A stretch of DNA of 64,000 bases from Octopus bimaculoides (Eukaryota): positions 91,696,498-91,760,497 of the forward strand of contig NC_068987.1 in NCBI RefSeq assembly GCF_001194135.2, given 5' to 3'. The notes below the pieces were generated by a model. It made no database searches. It worked only from the letters and a program-made list of their open reading frames with translations, and was not told the DNA's origin. A program made the translations under genes and the position numbers. Shown one piece after another: positions 37,433-50,600 of the stretch (positions are counted from its first letter, which is position 1; each line of letters starts with the position of its first letter).

Positions 37433-38659
37433 AATGTTTAAATGTTTGAACGTAATATTTAAAAATCAATCATCACTTCCGATCACCATCAAAGCTAAAT
37501 AACCTCTTATATTTCGGATTTGAAATAAAAAGTGTTATCCTTTTACAAACATGTAGAGAACCTATCCGCCCCTCATACACTAGATACGCAAATTATACCA
37601 CCTTCTTCATCATCAACACCAACATAAATCGCAGCTCCACCAACCAATATCACCATCACCACCGATATTTGACACCTACTATATATAAAAAAAAACAGTA
37701 TAAAAACACAGCCAATAGTCAAAAGAATTTGACTGTTACTAGTCAGGGGTAACTTCCGTCACCAAAGCAACCACCATCATCACCAAAACCACCGCAGCCG
37801 AACACCCATAAGTTCTACGATCACAACTACCATTACTACAAACACCATCATCACAACTACAGCCATAACTAGGAGCAGCCTCAGTATCCCCATGAAATAA
37901 GTTCCCTCTGGATGGCACATAGAAACTCGGGTGACAGCAATTGTACTAAAATTTTGTTGGGCAATTATTATAAGTTTAAAACATTTTTATTCCAAACCAC
38001 CGCGAACAACATCAATATCGGTTTATAACAAAATAAACATCATTACCACCATTTTGAAAATTCTACTTCTCATCATTGTTATCGTCGACATCATGATAAT
38101 TATGGTTATCTTCATTATAATGTTCATAACAACTGATAATGATGCTGAGGATTGTGATCATAGAAAATGATTATAACGATAATTATTTTGCTATAAAATA
38201 ATATTACTACGCGTGCAAATTAGTACCAGTGTTGTAAAAGTTACTGAAAATTGATGTTGACGACAACGGTAAGAATGACCATAAGACGTGAATAACAACA
38301 ACAACAACAATAATCCGTGAATGCTCGAAGTACAGGTCACTGACTCTGACTGACGGATGGGAACTTGAATAAAAAGACAAAAGCGCTAGTTGTAGCCGGT
38401 CAAGCACAAGCCCTTCGAAAAAACCTGATAAAGATAATGATCGGCAAAACTCAAACCAGAGAGCAAATTTACACTCTTCTGGAATGCAGACGAAAGCATT
38501 TACCACCGTTTGAGTAAGTGCACTATACTAGCACAAAACGAGTATAAAAGAGATGAAACTCGCATTGTAGAAAAGTACCATTCTATCTTCTCCCAGATGA
38601 TTCTTGAGATTTGAGGAATCTCGTCACCAAATCTCAAGATAAAATATCTGATTAATTAG

Positions 38660-38667
38660 CATGCACA

Positions 38668-38717
<50 letters not shown>

Positions 38718-38758
38718 TAATAATAATGATAATAATAATAATAATGATAATAATGATA

Positions 38759-38810
<52 letters not shown>

Positions 38811-38831
38811 TGATAAAAATAATAATAATAA
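38660..38831. repeat. (AAT)n microsatellite
   Basis: Directly visible. Confidence 0.97.
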
Positions 38832-39385
38832 TGTCCAGATGCAGTACAAGGCAGTGGCTCGCATGGCTTCTGATCTTAATTGACTGAAAGTGTTATCATA
38901 TACATTGTTTTGTCTTGGTATAAAAGATGGGCTACAACAAATATTCTGCTCAATACCATAGATTTGCTTGTCAGTTGTTTGACCTTAACCAGTTGAGCAT
39001 GTCCCTTAGTCGCTGACGATATGTGCATCTCTGATCATGAGCAGAAGTAGTGGAGGAGCATCATAATTGTGCTGAAAGGAATTCTTTAGGGTTTGAATAA
39101 TACACCTCTGGAGACATGAGTGTTTCGTTCATCATCCTTAAAACAAACTTTATCCAGGGACTTTTTGAGCGAGATGGGCTACTCGACCTGAGGAAAATTT
39201 TAACTGGGTCCCACCTGCAAGGTCATGCGCTGTTTATTTTGATATGAGATCACTGTGTCGCGCACATATGGTTGTGATGCATGTGCCTGGTGCACCCTTA
39301 TCAGATGGGTAGTCACGATGGGTATAATGGGCTTCGTATATTTTACCCCTGTGTCACTTTGATGGCATGCACTGGTCTCTCACTC
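38832..39385 (+). mobile_element. ~550-bp non-coding interspersed element, copy 3 (longest)
   Basis: Starts TGTCCAGATGCAGTACAAGGCAGTGG directly after (AAT)n and ends CTCTCACTC-AATAAT. Confidence 0.9.
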
Positions 39386-39389
39386 AATA

Positions 39390-39456
<67 letters not shown>

Positions 39457-39461
39457 CGATG

Positions 39462-39521
<60 letters not shown>
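39386..39521. repeat. (GAT)n-(AAT)n microsatellite
   Basis: Directly visible. Confidence 0.97.
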
Positions 39522-39522
<1 letters not shown>

Positions 39523-39822
39523 GGTATGCGATAAGGGAATAAGAAAAGTCGATAGATATGACAGGTTAGCTTGGGAGGTAAAGCAGTTGTGGTCGATGAA
39601 AAAGGGGGTAGTAGTACCAACAATTGTCGGGGCCTTGAGAACAGTGGGTAAAAATTTTGAGAAGTACATGGAACAAATAGGGGCTGCAATAAGGGTGGAG
39701 CACTTGCAGAAAACAGCACTGCTTGGAACCGCTCGAATACTCCGGAAGGTGCTCGGAAAATAAGGTGCTACCTTAGTTCACTGGTAACACATCTCCAGCG
39801 TTAGAACCTATGCAAATGCAAT
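39522..39822 (+). mobile_element. R4/Dong-clade 3' end (RLE C-terminus plus 3' UTR), 5'-truncated
   Basis: KVDRYDRLAWEVKQLWSMKKGVVVPTIVGALRTV...LQKTALLGTARILRKVLGK* (stop at 39761-39763). AAT repeats on both sides. Confidence 0.9.
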
Positions 39823-39934
39823 GATAATTATAATAACAACAACAGTTATGACCTACCAATGTATACAGTGAGTTCTTTTGCCCTAGGTAACGGGAAGACA
39901 CTCGGTAAGAAGCGGAAACCACATAGAAAAAAAA

Positions 39935-39997
<63 letters not shown>

Positions 39998-40152
39998 AAT
40001 AAAAAGATAAAGATGAAATGCTATTAATGCTGTTTAGTGATGATGAATGATGAGGATGATGACGACTATCGTACAAAAATCAATGCAAATAACCATGCAC
40101 CTTTAATCTCCAACACCACCACCACCACCACCACCACCACCACCATCACCAC

Positions 40153-40192
<40 letters not shown>

Positions 40193-41187
40193 NNNNNNNN
40201 NNNNNNNNNNNNNNNNNNNNNNNNNNNNNNNNNNNNNNNNNNNNNNNNNNNNNNNNNNNNNNNNNNNNNNNNNNNNNNNNNNNNNNNNNNNNNNNNNNNN
40301 NNNNNNNNNNNNNNNNNNNNNNNNNNNNNNNNNNNNNNNNNNNNNNNNNNNNNNNNNNNNNNNNNNNNNNNNNNNNNNNNNNNNNNNNNNNNNNNNNNNN
40401 NNNNNNNNNNNNNNNNNNNNNNNNNNNNNNNNNNNNNNNNNNNNNNNNNNNNNNNNNNNNNNNNNNNNNNNNNNNNNNNNNNNNNNNNNNNNNNNNNNNN
40501 NNNNNNNNNNNNNNNNNNNNNNNNNNNNNNNNNNNNNNNNNNNNNNNNNNNNNNNNNNNNNNNNNNNNNNNNNNNNNNNNNNNNNNNNNNNNNNNNNNNN
40601 NNNNNNNNNNNNNNNNNNNNNNNNNNNNNNNNNNNNNNNNNNNNNNNNNNNNNNNNNNNNNNNNNNNNNNNNNNNNNNNNNNNNNNNNNNNNNNNNNNNN
40701 NNNNNNNNNNNNNNNNNNNNNNNNNNNNNNNNNNNNNNNNGCCATCATCGTCGTCGTCGTCGTCGTCATCCTCATCATCATCACCATCATCAGCATCATC
40801 ATCATTCTCTCTCTTGTTCTTCCCATATTTCCAAATCCTTCTCCATAGTGTGCATGGCCCGAGAAAGTTTTCTTATATCGAGGAGCAATACTGAACCATT
40901 AACGCAAGAGTCAACCCTGTATCGTCACCGATGTGGCTGAATGGAAAGTCAAGGTATTGCATGGATGAAATACCAACCTGGCTTTAGCTTGCATTGAACT
41001 TTAAAATGTCCCACCGGAACAAATAGCGCCATCTATTGCATGCTGGGCCCTAAAACATTGTCCCAAACCAAGGCAAAAACCAATAAGTTATATGTCGACC
41101 TCGAAGTCCACATAAAAAGTAGACCGTTATGAATTATCGGGCTGTCGATAAATATTACAAATGATTTCATAGGCAGATATACTTTAA

Positions 41188-41320
41188 TATGCATAAAGCG
41201 ATGAACCGGCGGAATCGTCAGCGCGTCGGACAAAAAATTTAACAGCGTTTCTTCCTACTATTTACGATTTAATTTTAAATTTTGCCGTAACCAAATTTTG
41301 TCTTACATCCTTTCGCTAAA
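41188..41320 (+). mobile_element. Degenerate SINE family A 5' part
   Basis: GCGATGAACCGGCGGAATCGTCAGCGCGTCGGACAAAA resembles the family A head, and CATCCTTTCG is a core remnant. Confidence 0.55.
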
Positions 41321-41851
41321 TCAATATTAACATTTGAACACTGCGCTCGAAGTAATCGATTTATACTATTCCATACAGGGGTTGGTTTTGTGGAGAAAAT
41401 TCCAACTATTATTTAAGATGTACATAACTACAAAGCCAAAAAGTATCGAGGAAATGGTTGTTTTATCATTTTTACATTAAGACAGCTTTGATAGCAGCAG
41501 AACAAAGATCAAATCTGACCCAAGCGTTCACTTATCGTTCTTTGCGAAATATAATTCAAGTAAGANNNNNNNNNNNNNNNNNNNNNNNNNNNNNNNNNNN
41601 NNNNNNNNNNNNNNNNNNNNNNNNNNNNNNNNNNNNNNNNNNNNNNNNNNNNNNNNNNNNNNNNNNNNNNNNNNNNNNNNNNNNNNNNNNNNNNNNNNNN
41701 NNNNNNNNNNNNNNNNNNNNNNNNNNNNNNNNNNNNNNNNNNNNNNNNNNNNNNNNNNNNNNNNNNNNNNNNNNNNNNNNNNNNNNNNNNNNNNNNNNNN
41801 NNNNNNNNNNNNNNNNNNNNNNNNNNNNNNNNNNNNNNNNNNNNNNNNNNN

Positions 41852-41892
<41 letters not shown>

Positions 41893-42214
41893 TATAAAAA
41901 CTATAACGGCCTCTATTCCACGGAGATGGTTGGTTTCTGACATTTAATAGTAAACAAACGTCCCTCTTTCGAATTCTGGCCAACTTTTCTGCATTCAATC
42001 CTCTCATTCCTGTACTAGCTATTAAGTAAAATCGTTCTGCCTCGGAATTTAACCCCTCTGGAATCTTCTCCCATTCCATGCAAGTGTTGGCCCGTAACAA
42101 TACAGACAAAAAAACAACATCACTCTCATTAGGTTTGTATACCTGAAAAGGTCATGGAAATTGCTTCTATTTTCAGACTCAATTAAAAAAACATATCTGG
42201 AAAATACAGCTCTA

Positions 42215-42340
42215 TATCTAAGAGATGAGGAATTATGTACATCATTTACATTTGACAGATATTTGTCCTCATCTTGTTTGTTGTTAACACAACGTTTCAG
42301 CTGATATATCCCCCAGCCTTCATCAGATGTTTTGGGGAAA
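42215..42340 (-). mobile_element. Hammerhead-bearing repeat (Penelope pLTR-like or SINE tail)
   Basis: Homologous to 12436-12535. Confidence 0.8.
42286..42331 (-). ncRNA. Minimal type I hammerhead ribozyme motif (dimer-type)
   Basis: Minus strand: AACAT-CTGATGA-A-GGCTG(GGGGATATAT)CAGCT-GAAACGT-T-GTGTT. Stem I is AACAU/GUGUU, stem II is GGCUG/CAGCU, and stem III is reduced to palindromic ACGU. Predicted cleavage after GUU, between 42291 and 42290. Confidence 0.65.
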
Positions 42341-43176
42341 TAATGTAAATAATGTATATCTGGAAAAGTTAGAAACGCTTAGACGTTTGCATAAAATATA
42401 ATAATTCAGATGTGCAAAATGCCCAGACTCTCTGAATTATTAGGAACTGTAATCAGATGTTACAGCTGTGTACCTTCACTTATCTCTCTTCATGGAAAGT
42501 CTGGAAGAATACTTCAAATCACGACTCAAAATAATTAAAAAAATACCGGGTGCCAATCAACGTCTGAATCGTTGCTGATATATATTTTAAAGTTGTTGAT
42601 ACATGTGTGTCTGGGGAAATTATTTCTCGGGAAATTATCTACGACCAGATGACGTGTTATCGATGTGAACTCTGTCTCATCTAAAGTCAGCAATATAAAA
42701 AGCCGACATTGTGTTCATAAATTAAGGATATTTAGTAATACAAATATGTCTAATCGATAGCTGTGTTATAAGAATTTGCTTTTTATAAGTTGAACTTGGG
42801 AGATAGTAGTAGTGTTCGTAATATCTGCAGTTTTGACCAATTTAGAAGTAAAACACGAAATGAAGTAGAATAGCCAACTCGATTGCCTGCAGTACAGTGA
42901 AGGCAATTAGAGGGAACTTGCAACATGGTAGTGGTATTAAACCGGATTTTCTATTTGATATAACCAACTACAAATTAATAATAATCATGCGAATTTAATC
43001 AAAATGTTGCAGTGGATCAGCATAGCAGTGTAGATTATTTTACAATTAATAGATTTTACAATTCAACGCAGTGAATCAGATGCAAAGTAAAAGCTACTGA
43101 ATATGATAATAAAGATGAATGTATGATGACGGGAATGTTGATGTCAATAATGATGTTGTTGTTGTCGTTAATGATA

Positions 43177-43208
<32 letters not shown>

Positions 43209-43689
43209 GATGATGATGATGACGATGCTAGCATATATGATGTTACTGATGGTCACTATGGCGATGGCTGTGGTGATGTTTGGACAGGGAATGTACTTCG
43301 GTACACGTGATTTGCATAACGCCACCTACTTGTCAGAAATCGACCAACTGATTCTTCATTTTCGACACAGTCTATAATTTTGTATACGTGCAGTGATTAG
43401 GTTATGAATGATGCATGCAACTAGACAAACATACATTCATACATACGTTTGTACATATACACACATGTATATACACACATGTATATATACACACACACAC
43501 ACAAAGTGCATGTATGTATGCATATGCATATACGTGTACGATTATATATGTACGTGCGTGAGTGTGTGCATACATCTATGTGTATAGATGTATGTGCGCT
43601 TGCATAGATATATATGATATACCTATATTCAAATGCTTGCATGTACATCTGTACGCATGCACGGGAATGTATATATATTGTATATATTT

Positions 43690-43735
<46 letters not shown>

Positions 43736-44324
43736 CGTATGTATGTATGAGCGCACTATCACAAATTTAAAAACAAATACACACATCAGTATGTAATATG
43801 GGAATCCGTGTGAGAGTGGATCTATGGCCATCCATCCTCAAGAGATTGATGGATATAGATAAGTAGATGAGATATGTGTCAATAAGTGTAAATGTGTGAT
43901 TACTGGTAATATATATTTTCTTTTAAAGTGAGAATTAAGAAAATATATATAAACCCCACCAAAAGCATAGGGGGTGTAGAAAGAAGTAGGGACTGAGAAA
44001 AAACAAAATGGAGATTGATAGATGTGCATGCTGTAGGTTTAGGCATATGCATAAATGATTTGTTCCTGTCACAATTAACTGGCAGAAAAAATAAACTAGG
44101 AAATGGAAAAAAAATCAGCCTCGTGGAATTGGATACACGATGGGAATTAACGAGCAGGTTTGTGGCAATCTAAGGCTCTACAGTCACTTTTTCATTCACG
44201 CTAGAATATATTTATCAACAACTATGAATGTATGTGGGACTGTTTATATCTCTTTATCAACATACGTGTATGCCTACACATCCATCTACCTACCTATCTA
44301 TCAACTATAAAAAATATACAGTAC

Positions 44325-44371
<47 letters not shown>

Positions 44372-45879
44372 CATAAATACATAAATACATATATGTATTC
44401 ATACATATATTGCTCAAAATGGCAATATTCAATGATACGGTTAATAATGAATAATAATGCTCTAATCAGTACTGTATACATCGTTTTTAATTTTAAACCT
44501 GGCGATTGGACATATATTTCAAGTTCATGTTAATAAACTTGGATATACGCCTTTCGTGCTTGTGTTTATGAATACGTCCTCATTTTTAAGATATATACAT
44601 ACATGCATATTTATATACACCCATCTACACACATGTCATCTTTGTGACTTGCCGATCCTTGTGAATTGTGACTTGTCAAACTTTCGTCATCTTTGTGACT
44701 TGTCAATACCGCGATGCAAGCCAAATCACCTTCTATGACTATATGCATCTGGCATCGTTTCGGTTACGCGGTATTGACAAGTAAAAAGATGATGAAACAT
44801 TAATGACCGTAGCTCCTGTAACGCGACCTGATGAGAGATATCTCGCTTGTCTATGACTTGCAGGTGTTTTAACACCGGGCGAATTCGTGAGAATATATTC
44901 TCTTACGCCTACATTTGGAGCCTGCTCACGAACTGACAAGACACATGCTTTGTATATGTGTGTTCGCTATTGTTTATACATACATATATGTGTGTGTGTG
45001 TGTGTGTGTGAGACGGAGAATCAAGGTGGATAAACTGTTGGTAAGAGATTCACGTATGCGATAAGATGTTTCAAACGATATTTGGATGAGTTGTTCTTCC
45101 TTTCTAAAGTTATGGTCGATTAAACACCTTATGGTTCGTCATCCGAAAAACTTTCAGTAGGATATACATGCAAGTATATTTAAATTTGACAAAGAATGAA
45201 GAATTTTATTTTTACATAATTTAATTCATTTATGAGCATTTTTTGTGGCTTGAAAAACAGTTTCCACTTTACAAAAATACCTAGTATGCGTATGCGTAAT
45301 CGATAAATTAATTAATCAATTAATAAATGGGACAGTTATCCATTAATCATTCTCTTTAGAGCAAAGACTTTTATCAAATACTTGCTAAATTGACAATCCT
45401 TGGAAGTCAAATTCACAGTGGTGGAAAGTCCTGGGAAGTCAAGCTAAAACAACATGTTCGAGAAAAAACATTGAAGGTGCAACACTACACTGATCGCATA
45501 TCGCAGTTCCATCCAAATAGGTTATTATCGAGTGTAAGAGTCTATTAGTCTTTGAGAACATAGCTTAGGGCAGAATACTGCCAACTAAAAAATCATTTGC
45601 TGAGCAATCTGCAGCAGACATAGATTTAAAGTAACTACAAGATGACGAAGACGGAGCTGTCAGCTGCATAGCAACAGGGTGAAGAATTCATAACTTCAAT
45701 TATCCGCTCCCTATTTTCCTTTCGAGAAATATCATTTTTACAACAGTTGAAGTGAATTCAATTGAATACAAAAAAAAATCAACTGAGTGGTTTATGTCTG
45801 GGAAATAATTAAGGATTAGATTGAATATTAAAAGTTCGAAAAAAAAATGGATATTTGGGATTTCCAAGAGATAATAAGA

Positions 45880-46075
45880 CACCGTAGGCGTTATCAGTCA
45901 TGTACTATGGTTGATTACATCGCCTGACATTGCCCCACTGGTACTTATTTTAGCGATGCCGATGGACGCAGAGCAAAGTCGACGTCGGTGGATTTTAACT
46001 GAAAACGCAAACGGCGGGCAAAAATGTTGTTCAGCAATTTGTTCGAGGCGCTAACGATTCTGCCATCTCGCCTCA
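45880..46075 (-). mobile_element. SINE family A
   Basis: Reverse of GAGGCGAGATGGCAGAATCGTTAGCGCC head and GTCGACTTTGC core. Confidence 0.8.
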
Positions 46076-46078
46076 CTA

Positions 46079-46147
<69 letters not shown>

Positions 46148-46172
46148 AATAATAATAACAATAATGATGATG

Positions 46173-46230
<58 letters not shown>

Positions 46231-46289
46231 ATATGATACGAGGAGTTTTATGATAATGATGATGATTACAATAAAACTGATATTTATGT

Positions 46290-46336
<47 letters not shown>

Positions 46337-46624
46337 GTGATTATGATCATAGCAACGATGATAGTAATGTCGATCATTGTCATGGTAATGAGAATGATGA
46401 TGATAATGATGATGATGATGATGACGACGATGATGTATTTTAAAGTTAGATATGGTGTGCAGTATGATAACTACGTCTATACATATGATAATTACATTGA
46501 AAGCAGAAACGATGGCTATCTTTACTGCTGGTTTATATCATCCTGATGTCTATGATTTGGTAATTTATAGGGTCTATGACGACGACGACGACGATGGAAG
46601 TGGTGGTGGCAATAATGCTACTTG

Positions 46625-46659
<35 letters not shown>

Positions 46660-47150
46660 GTGGTGGTGATGGTGGTGGTGGTTAGGGTGTGGTGGTGATG
46701 TTGAGAAATGGTGCTGATGATGATTATATGTTTGTGATCTTTGTGGTCATTGTGTTGATGGTGGCAGAAGTAAGGGAGGCAACGACGTCTATAATTATTA
46801 TAGTGTTGTTGATGTCCATGATGGCGATGTTGATGACGATGATGGTGATGTTGATGACGATTTCAGCTCTTTGTAGGAACTGGTTTAAATCACCATTATG
46901 TTAATAGGATGAAGTTACGAAAGATTAGGCTTCAACAGTGATGGGGACGACGTTGTCAATGATGATGATGACGACGACGACGACGACGACGAGGATGATG
47001 ATGATGATGGTGATGGTGATGATGACAAAGACGACGATGATGATGATAATGATAGCTATATTGACAAAAACGACGGCGGTGATGTTGATGATGATGAGCA
47101 TGGTGGAGGTGGTGACGATATTTTTTATTGGTGGTGATGTTGTTTTGGTA
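46076..47150. repeat. Long mosaic of (ACT)n, (AAT)n and degenerate (GAT/GGT/GAC)n tracts
   Basis: Directly visible low-complexity region. Confidence 0.9.
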
Positions 47151-47554
47151 GAATCGATGTATTTGTAACTAAGGTAGATGATATTCGTTTCGGAGGAAAC
47201 AACTATCGTCTGCTCCTTTTACTATGAACGATGCTCAGAGTAAAAGTAATTATGAGGATTTTTTAGTAGATATTAATGGAACAAATGGTCTTGTCTCAAC
47301 ATTGGGAAGAATTACAATTATATTGCCCTTATTGTTCCAATGATTTGGGTAGCGGATTGAAAAACTCGTTAGAATATCGGGGGGAAAAATGCCAAGAAAC
47401 ATTTGTTCCAGACCTTGGAGTTCGGAATTTTTATTTCGACGCGATCATATTTACCTTTCGTCTTTCCAGTATCGCTAAAATCTCATCAATCCGATCAATT
47501 AACCGCATCAGCACCATTTCATGCCCACAATTAGAAGGGTTTATGATAAAAAGA

Positions 47555-47705
47555 CTTCCGATGTTGACTTCGCCTTTCATCCTTTCGGTGTCAAGAACCA
47601 ATTGAATGTGGGGTCGAGAACATAAGTTCCACTTGACTCTGGGGTCGATATAACTGTCTTACAACTTGTTCTGAAATTGCATTCCTTCAAAATTTGAAAC
47701 CATTC
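47555..47705 (+). mobile_element. SINE family A 3' half
   Basis: GTTGACTTCGCCTTTCATCCTTTCGG, GGGGTCGA twice, and AAAATTTGAAACCATT tail. Confidence 0.7.
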
Positions 47706-48266
47706 GTACAAGAAGTTGAGAAATCATTATTTTTGAACACATGAAGAAACGTGGTAGATGAAAGAATCAATCACATATGGGGACTATTGAATAACAGATC
47801 GTAGTTGCCCTTAGTTAATATAACAGTTCTTTTTAGGGATTATTCATGGACACCACTAACAACTTAATTGTTCCTATCACAGACAGCGTTGCCTTGTTCG
47901 AAATTTGTTATTTGTGTTTGTTTTCCTTTATTTTATCTAAATATTTGTATCATTTGCAGTAATTATTTTAATAAAGATTGGCTTGCTGCAGATCACCATT
48001 TTCTTTCTTGTAACCAGTCTAAATGCGTTGCATTTTTCAGAATGTATTTACGGGTTTGTAAATTTGCTAAATTATTCAGCATCTAGTCGAAAATACAACC
48101 ATAATTTATTGAGGAAACAAGTAATTTATTTATGCTCAATATCTTCCTCAACTTTTAGCCATTTTGTTTAAAAAAACAATCAAATTTCTTCAGCGTGTGT
48201 ATATATATGAACGCTCACTTTCTGTCCGTGTGGGTTGTTGTGTGTAGTGCACCATGTGACTCTTTC

Positions 48267-48318
<52 letters not shown>

Positions 48319-49675
48319 GTCTGTCTGTCTGTTTGTCTATCTATCTGTCTATCTATGTCTACACACATACATATGTACGTATGTTTATATATATGTATGT
48401 GTGCGTGTTTTTGCGCGCGCGCGTGTGTGTGTGTGTGCGTGTATAGATACATATACACTGACACATACACACATTTAAGGTTATTCACCATTTTTCATTT
48501 CGTTTATGTTGTTCAAGTGCATTGTTTCAAGCACCTCTCAAATATAAACGACCAGAAGCATTAAGAAAGTCATGACGTTAACAACTTCACAGAATATCGA
48601 TAACCAACGCCCTATCACGCTTGTGGCCCTCGCCTCTTTCCAGTCATAGAGATCGGAAAGTGAAATCTACGGAGTTATTGAGAGTCTTTATCCTGCTTCC
48701 TGTTACTCAATTGTTTTTTTACTTCTATAAAAAACTATGCGCAGAATGAAATGAAAATTGTTTTACTGGTTTCAAAACCTCTTCATAACGAATTATTTCT
48801 CTTCGAGCCACCCTCTTTGAGAGACAATTGTTGTAAGCTGACAACAATGATGACGGTTTCTATATATTTTCGTACATCATTTTGACAACTTCACAAATCA
48901 TTATTGATTGATCCGCTGACAAATTTCTTTGTGATATTCACAGATATTTTTTTTTGTCTTCGAAGGTCAATAAAATATTTACCTGCAGTTGAAGTTGTTG
49001 CTTAGCTTCAGTTAGTTCTGATCCATGAAATCTATACCAACATCAATGGCTCCTATGCGATTGTTATAATGATCTTCATGTTGCTGGTGACAATGACGAC
49101 GATCAAGAAGATAGTGGTGTGATTATTAAAGCGATGCTTTTATCGGTATATGAGGGCGAGGATGTTGATCGCCATACTGATGATGCTCTGAATGCCTTCT
49201 GCAACAAAGACTACATTAACAACGCGGTGGATGTGGGCGTCTGCTTTCGGATCAGCTTGTGATTATCGAGCTGATAAGGGAACATGTTATTTCCTGTCTC
49301 TCTCTCTCTCTCTCTCATCAACCACTTTACACATTTATCCATTCCGTTATCATTCCGAATCCAGTAGCTTCGGTTCCCCTCTATGGTTACAGTTGCGGCC
49401 ATTAAGTCTGCTGAAAACATTTAGCAACGGAACGATACAAACTACTACTACTACTACTACTACTACTACGACGACGACGACGACGACGACGACCACCACC
49501 ACCACCACCACCACCACCGCCNNNNNNNNNNNNNNNNNNNNNNNNNNNNNNNNNNNNNNNNNNNNNNNNNNNNNNNNNNNNNNNNNNNNNNNNNNNNNNN
49601 NNNNNNNNNNNNNNNNNNNNNNNNNNNNNNNNNNNNNNNNNNNNNNNNNNNNNNNNNNNNNNNNNNNNNNNNNNN

Positions 49676-49736
<61 letters not shown>

Positions 49737-50339
49737 ATAATAATAATAGTGATGATGATGAAGAGGGGGATGGTAGTGATAATGGTGATGGTGGTAACGA
49801 AAGTAATGATGATGATGATGATGAGGAGGAGGAGGAGGAGGAAGGAGGTGATGATGGGGATGATGGTGATGAAGATGGTGACGGTGATGTATTCTAAGAA
49901 TGCAAGGGTACACAGCGACTTAATAATAACACAGAGACTCAATAACAATCAAAAGTCGATTTCATTATCGTTATTTCCATCGAAATAGACTGTTTCGCTT
50001 TTTTTTCTCTTTAAATAATAAGGAATCATAATGGTGACTAATATAAGCAGAAGGGGATGAGTTTACGACAAGCGATACAATCAATGATATCGATCCCAGT
50101 AATTCACTGTTATTTAATTTATCGACTCTGTTATGTAATACGTGGCATGGTGACCGGGAATCAAACGTTAAAAAGCTTTCACTAAACCACTTCCATTATT
50201 CCGTGAATATAATGAGTGTTAGCATAGTCACAGCGGTCCGAAATGGTATAGAACAAAAATGGGGAGTGGGCAGTCGGAGGAGTCAATGTTTACTCGTTTT
50301 ATATAACCGGGAAATAACACGTTCAGCAGCACTGGTTTG

Positions 50340-50600
50340 TGTCATGGGTGCTAGAATCCGAGAATCCGAGTAGTATCCAAAATATGCAGTCCTTTCCGAA
50401 GCGTCACAGTTACTCCACCAACCATTCCTGGCTGTCTTGGACATGCATACAATCCGTAGCTGTCGTGAATGGACATGCAGGCCCTTGCTTCGGGAATTCT
50501 AGCTGATAGGCATCACATCTATATCGAGTGACCACAGGTCATTGATGAGGTAGTCTTGCTTTCAAGGTGACCCCAGGCCACGTGCACTCACACCTCCTTT
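50340..50600 (-). mobile_element. L1/Tx1-like LINE, APE endonuclease N-terminal remnant
   Basis: VSARGLGSP*KQDYLINDLWSLDIDV resembles the N(V/A)RGL...D(V/I) APE start, and VGGVTVTLRK resembles GGVAVL.RK. Confidence 0.5.

Noticed and set aside
39013-39019. CTGACGA within the 540-bp element, as a hammerhead core
   Set aside because: No stem II closed by GAAA follows it.
44828-44848. CTGATGA followed by a GAGA/TCTC hairpin, as a hammerhead
   Set aside because: The hairpin is followed by GCTT rather than GAAA, so the core is incomplete.
49029-49262. Open frame ending ...YEGEDVDRHTDDALNAFCNKDY...
   Set aside because: It lies in decayed GAT-rich sequence next to triplet arrays, with no convincing splice sites or recognised homology.
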